Part shown: positions 59,500-64,000 of the stretch, piece after piece
How positions within the stretch are numbered: position 1 is the stretch's first letter
Layout of the letters: every line of letters begins with the position of its first letter
From: Hypanus sabinus
Taxonomy: Eukaryota
Length of the DNA: 64,000 bases
Assembly (NCBI RefSeq): GCF_030144855.1
Contig: NC_082716.1
Span: 67,952,001-68,016,000, forward strand
Reading direction: 5' to 3'
Position numbers and translations under genes: made by a program
Notes under the pieces: generated by a model
Told to the model about the DNA's origin: nothing
Database searches by the model: none
The model's input: only the letters and a program-made list of their open reading frames with translations

Positions 59500-60880
59500 G
59501 GCCATTGTGGGAGCGGTTTTGTTGGAGAAGGCCAGTGTTGGAGTTGATGGATTTGGTGCAACAGGCTTCAGTGAGAACAGACAGAGGCTAAGGGTGCTGA
59601 GTTGTTTGGAATCGTTTATTTTATTCTATGACCTAGGCTTGAGAAGTTAGAGACAAAGGTATAAAAAGTTAAGAAGAGGGTGAGTAAGTGAACTAGGTTA
59701 GTGTGAAACTCAAAGGTTTTAGAGAGAAGGCACACATAGTGAGGTTTTTTAATGTTGTCCGGAAATCCTTAGTCCTTCATTCAGTGTAGGCAGGATGGTA
59801 GTTAAGGCAGTGGAATGTTCCACCTGTAAGATGTGGGATTTCAGGACCTAACAGTCTCCCTGATAACTACATCTACGGGAAGTGCATCCAACCTCAGCTC
59901 CTCACTGATCAGGTCAAGGAACTGGAGTTGAATGGAAACAGGAACATCTGGGAGGCCGAAAACCTCACAGAGAGGTGGCCACAACCAGAGTGCAGATAGC
60001 AGATGGGTGACAACCAGAAGTAAGGGGAGTAAACAATCAGTGCAAGATTCCCCTGTGGCCATTCCCCTTAGCAACAAGTGCAGCCTTTTGAATACTGTTG
60101 GAGTGGGGAGATGACCTATTGGGACACAGCGGCAGCAGTCAAACCTGCGGCTCTGTGGCCGGCTCTGAGGCTCAGCAAGGAAGGATGTTGAGAGAGGCCA
60201 TGAATTTAGTCAAGAAAGAAAAGGAAACGTATGTAAAGCTTAGGAATCCAGAATCGAAGAGGGCATTTGAGGATTATAAGGAAGCCAGAAGCAGATAAAG
60301 AAGAAATTAGGAAAACCAGGATGCGTCATGAAAAGTGTTTAGCAAGTAAGATTAAGGAGACTCCCAAGGCATTCCCTACATACATCAGGAGCAAAAGGAT
60401 AAATAGGGAGAGGGTAGGACCACTCGAGATAAAGGGGGAAACATTTGCTTGGGTGCAAAGGATGTGGGTGAAATCCTTATTGAGTACTATTTACCAAAGA
60501 GAAGGACGTGCAGAGTATGTAGATTGGTGCTGAGCTTATTGATGAGATAGGGCATTTTGAGGTACAGGAGGAGGCAAGGTTGGGACTCCTAAAGAGCATT
60601 AAGGTGGATAGGTCCCTGGGCCTGATGGGCTCTCCTCCAGGTTATTGACAAAGCCAAGAGATGAAGTTGATGGCGCCTTAGCCGATATCTTTGTGTCCTT
60701 TCCAGCCACAGGCAAGGTCCCGGAGTTGGGCTGGCAGCCAATGTTGTTCCACTATTCAAGAAGGAAACCAGGATAATTCTGTAAACAATAGAGCAGTGAG
60801 TCACATGTCAGTGATAGGAAAGTTACTGGACAGAATTATTAGGGAATTAGAATTTGGAAATCCATAGCCAAATTAGGGAG
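59500..60880 (+). mobile_element. Internally deleted CR1 (ORF1 zinc finger joined to ORF2 fragments)
   Basis: MVVKAVECSTCKMW at about 59796; RHEKCLASKIKETPKAF at about 60320. Confidence 0.7.
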
Positions 60881-62065
60881 AGTCAACTTGGCTTTTTTGG
60901 GGCTTACTAACAGTACTGTGCAAAGGCCTCTATTTGGATCCTCTATTTCTTCACTTACACACCCCAGTCAGTTCAGATTGACAACAACATCCCCTCCACA
61001 ATCTCCCTCAGCACAGGTGCACCACAAGTCTGTGTGCTTACACCCCTGCTCTACTCTGTTTGCACTTATGACTGTGTGGCTAAGCACAGCTTCAGTGCCA
61101 TTTTCGAGTTTGCTAATGACATGACTGTTGTTGGCTGAATCAAAGGTGGTAATGAATCAGCATATAGGAGGGAGGTTGAAAATCTGGCTGAGTGGTGCCA
61201 CAACAATCTCTTACTCTATGTCAACAAGACAAAGGAGCTGATCATTGATTTTAGGAGGAGGGAAGTGGAGGTCCATGAGCCAGTCCTCATTGGAGTGTCA
61301 GAGGTGGAGAGGATCAGCAACTTTAAGTTCCTCAGTGTTTTCATTTCAGAGGACCTGCCCTGGGTCCATAACATAAATGCAATTACAAAGAAAGCACAAC
61401 ATTGCCTCATTTCCTTAGGAGTTTGTGAGGATTCAGCATGACATCTCAAACTCTGACAAGCCTCTATGGATGTGTGGTGGAGAGTATATTGACTGGTTGT
61501 ATCATACCTGGTGTGGAAGCACCAATGGCCTTGAATGGAAAATCCTACAAAAAGTAGTGGACACGGCCCCGTCCCTTCCCACCACTGAGCTCATCTACAT
61601 GGGGCATTGTCCGAGGAAAGCAGCATCCACTATCTGGGACGCCCACCACCCAGATCAAGTTCTCTTCTTGCTGCCACCATCCGGTAGAAGGTAAGGAAGT
61701 CTCAGGACTCACATCACCAGGTTCACATCACTCTTTAACCATCAGGCTCTTGAATAAATGGGATAACTTCACTCAACTTTATTCACCCCACCACTGAAAT
61801 GTTACCACATACTATGAATTGACTTTCAAGGACTCTTCTTCTCATGTTCTCAATATTTAATGCTTATTTATTGATGTTTATTATTACTTTCTTCGTCTTT
61901 TGCGCACTGGTTGTACACTCAGTTGGTGTGCTCTTACATTGATTCTATTGTTATTATTCTATTGTGGATTTACTGAGCATGTCTGCAAGAAAATAAATCT
62001 CAGGATTGTATATGGACACATATATATACTTTGATAATAAATTTACTTTGAACTTTGAACTTAAA
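60880..62065 (+). mobile_element. Rex1/Babar-type LINE 3' part
   Basis: Degenerate QVCVLTPLLYSV..YDC, FANDMTVVG.I, NKTKELIIDFRR; tail GATAATAAATTTACTTTGAACTTTGAA. Confidence 0.85.
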
Positions 62066-62069
62066 TTTC

Positions 62070-62950
62070 CTGGGTGTAAGTGTAGATGGTGGGTTAGTAA
62101 ATTTGCAGATGATACAAAGACTGGCAGTGTTGTGGATAGCATAGGCAACTGGTAAAGAATACAGTGGGATATAGACCAGTTACAGATATGGGCACAGAAA
62201 TGGCATTTGGAGTTTAACCTTGAAAAGGAGAAGTGTTGCATCTTAGTAAGTCAAATGTAAAGAGACACCGTTATGGGCAAAAGTGCTGATGAGCGGGGGA
62301 TCTTGGGGTTCAAGTTCACAGCGCCCTGAAAGCTACACAGGTTGATAGGGTGGTTAAGAAGCCACATGGCATTCTTGCCTTTATTTGTCAAGGCACTGAG
62401 TACAAAATTCAAGAAGCTATGGTGCAGCTTTATAAAACTTCAGTTAGGCCACATCTGGAGTATTGTATACAGTTCTTGTTGCCCCATTAAAGGAAGGATG
62501 ACAAGGCTTTGGAGAGGGTGCATACCTGGATTACCGGGATGCTACCTGGATTAGAGGACACGTGTTATAATGGACGAACTTGAGTTGTTTTACCTGGAGC
62601 AATGGAGACTGCGGGAAGGTCTGACAGAGGTTTATAGGACTATGAAAAGCATAGATAGTGTAGATAGACACTATCTTTTTCCAAGGGTTGAAATGTCTCA
62701 TACCAGAGGGCAGCATTTAAGGTGAAGGGGGTAACTTTGGAGGAGATTTGAGGGGCTGATATTCGGAATGCATTGCCTGGATTAGTGGTACAGGCAGATC
62801 TATTAGGAACTTTTAAAAGATGTTTAGATTTGCACATGAATGTAAGGAAAATGAAAATGAACGGAAATGGACATTATGTAGAGAGAAGAAATTAGTTAAC
62901 CATTTGATTACTAATTTAGTGGTTTGGCACCACATTGTGGGTTGAAAGGC
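62070..62950 (+). mobile_element. CR1 3' fragment
   Basis: KFADDTKTG...; LYKT.VRPHLEYCIQF. Confidence 0.8.
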
Positions 62951-62959
62951 TTAGGAGAC

Positions 62960-63760
62960 GAGGGCGCCTAACGGTGACTCCTTTGCTTGCATATTTGGAA
63001 ACAGCTATATTTCTGTCTTTAATATCTCTATTTTTTTCCTTTCAAGGTTCTTTTGAAGACCCTGACCTGGAGTTACATGCTGACTTTGGTTCTTTGCGGG
63101 AGTAGGATCCACTCTCAGGGTCTCACGGCTGGCTGCTGATCGATTTACCAAGGATGCAGCCTGGAAGACTAGCACACGTTTGGAGTTACAGGATTTTGTG
63201 GCTCTGGAGGTGGGTAGACTCGAGGTAGGTGCCTCCGCAGGAATCTGATGCGTCGTGGGAGTACACGGAAGATCGAAAGCAGCTAGTGGGCTGTGTGCAC
63301 AGAGACCCGAGTTCTTTGGGCACAGAGCTCGGAAAAAGTGACGCAACAGACTTTTAACACTGTAAATCAGCAAGTTGTTTGTTATGTCTCCCGTCTCCCT
63401 GTGAAACGGAGACACATTTTTCTCCCTTATTAGAGGGAGAGAGCCTGTGGTACATCGAGTACCGGGTGAACGAGTAGTCTTTGGGGTACTGCCAGTCTGT
63501 GTCTTTATTGATGCTCTGCTGCACGCCTGAGTGCCTGGTGGGGGGTGCAGATGCTTTTTTTGCTGATGGGGGAGGAGGGATCATTGCTTTGCTGCTGCTT
63601 GTGCATGGGAGGGGAGGGGTGCTGGGGCCGGGCTTTGGGATTCTAACATTTAACCGTCGTTCATTCTTTGGGGCACTCCTCTGTTTTCATGGATGGTTGC
63701 AAAGAAAAAGCATTGTATAGATTTCTCTGACATTAAATGTACCTTTGAAACTTTTGAAAG
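62960..63760 (+). mobile_element. Non-coding retroposed element with a Rex1-like tail
   Basis: About 800 bp with no credible ORF, ending CTGACATTAAATGTACCTTTGAAACTTTTGAA. Confidence 0.5.
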
Positions 63761-64000
63761 GACTGTTCCTGTGCTGGACTAATCCACGTTCTATGTTCTA
63801 TGATAGTTACATTCAGTGAATTTACAACCTACCGTTAGTGGACCCAAGCTTTGCTGTCTGTTGGGGAGCAAATGGAGTAAGTAAATGAAACTGGTTATCA
63901 ACCATTTGATGCAGCTGATTGTATTGCAGATGCCACTGGGAAATCACAGGGTATGCTCGATTTGACTTAATCTCTGCTTTACGAACAATTAATCAAACTA

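Noticed and set aside
63005-63720. 136-aa and shorter ORFs as coding
   Set aside because: They lie within a non-coding interspersed repeat and have no motif or splice support.

Overview
Eukaryotic vertebrate DNA, by inference from a cartilaginous fish (probably a ray or skate). The inference rests on the repeat landscape (CR1, Rex1/Babar, Penelope, V-SINE-like) and a fish-type VCAM1. The only host gene I can support is a compact 8-exon VCAM1-like adhesion molecule on the minus strand (CDS 28794->22465, 580 aa when all exons are spliced; every internal exon is phase 1-1 with GT-AG ends). Its architecture is signal peptide, D1, D2, D3, a D7-like domain, then a tandem duplicate of the D3+D7-like exon pair, then TM and a short tail. 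The duplicated D7-like exon carries an in-frame 117-nt deletion, has lost both Ig cysteines, and keeps its splice sites and frame. The promoter has a TATA element, two kappaB sites and an AP-1 site. Most of the rest is nested transposable-element debris. This includes an internally deleted Ty3/Gypsy element (217-bp LTRs, 5-bp TSD) whose primer-binding position is a perfect 16-nt reverse complement of its own LTR poly(A)-signal region instead of a tRNA PBS. There are also two related solo LTRs in inverted orientation around the gene, BEL/Pao and probable Copia fragments, a Tc1 element interrupted by an L1, mariner and Tc1 derivatives, and many CR1, Rex1, L2 and Penelope pieces. All alignments and counts were done by eye, and boundaries of degenerate repeats are approximate.
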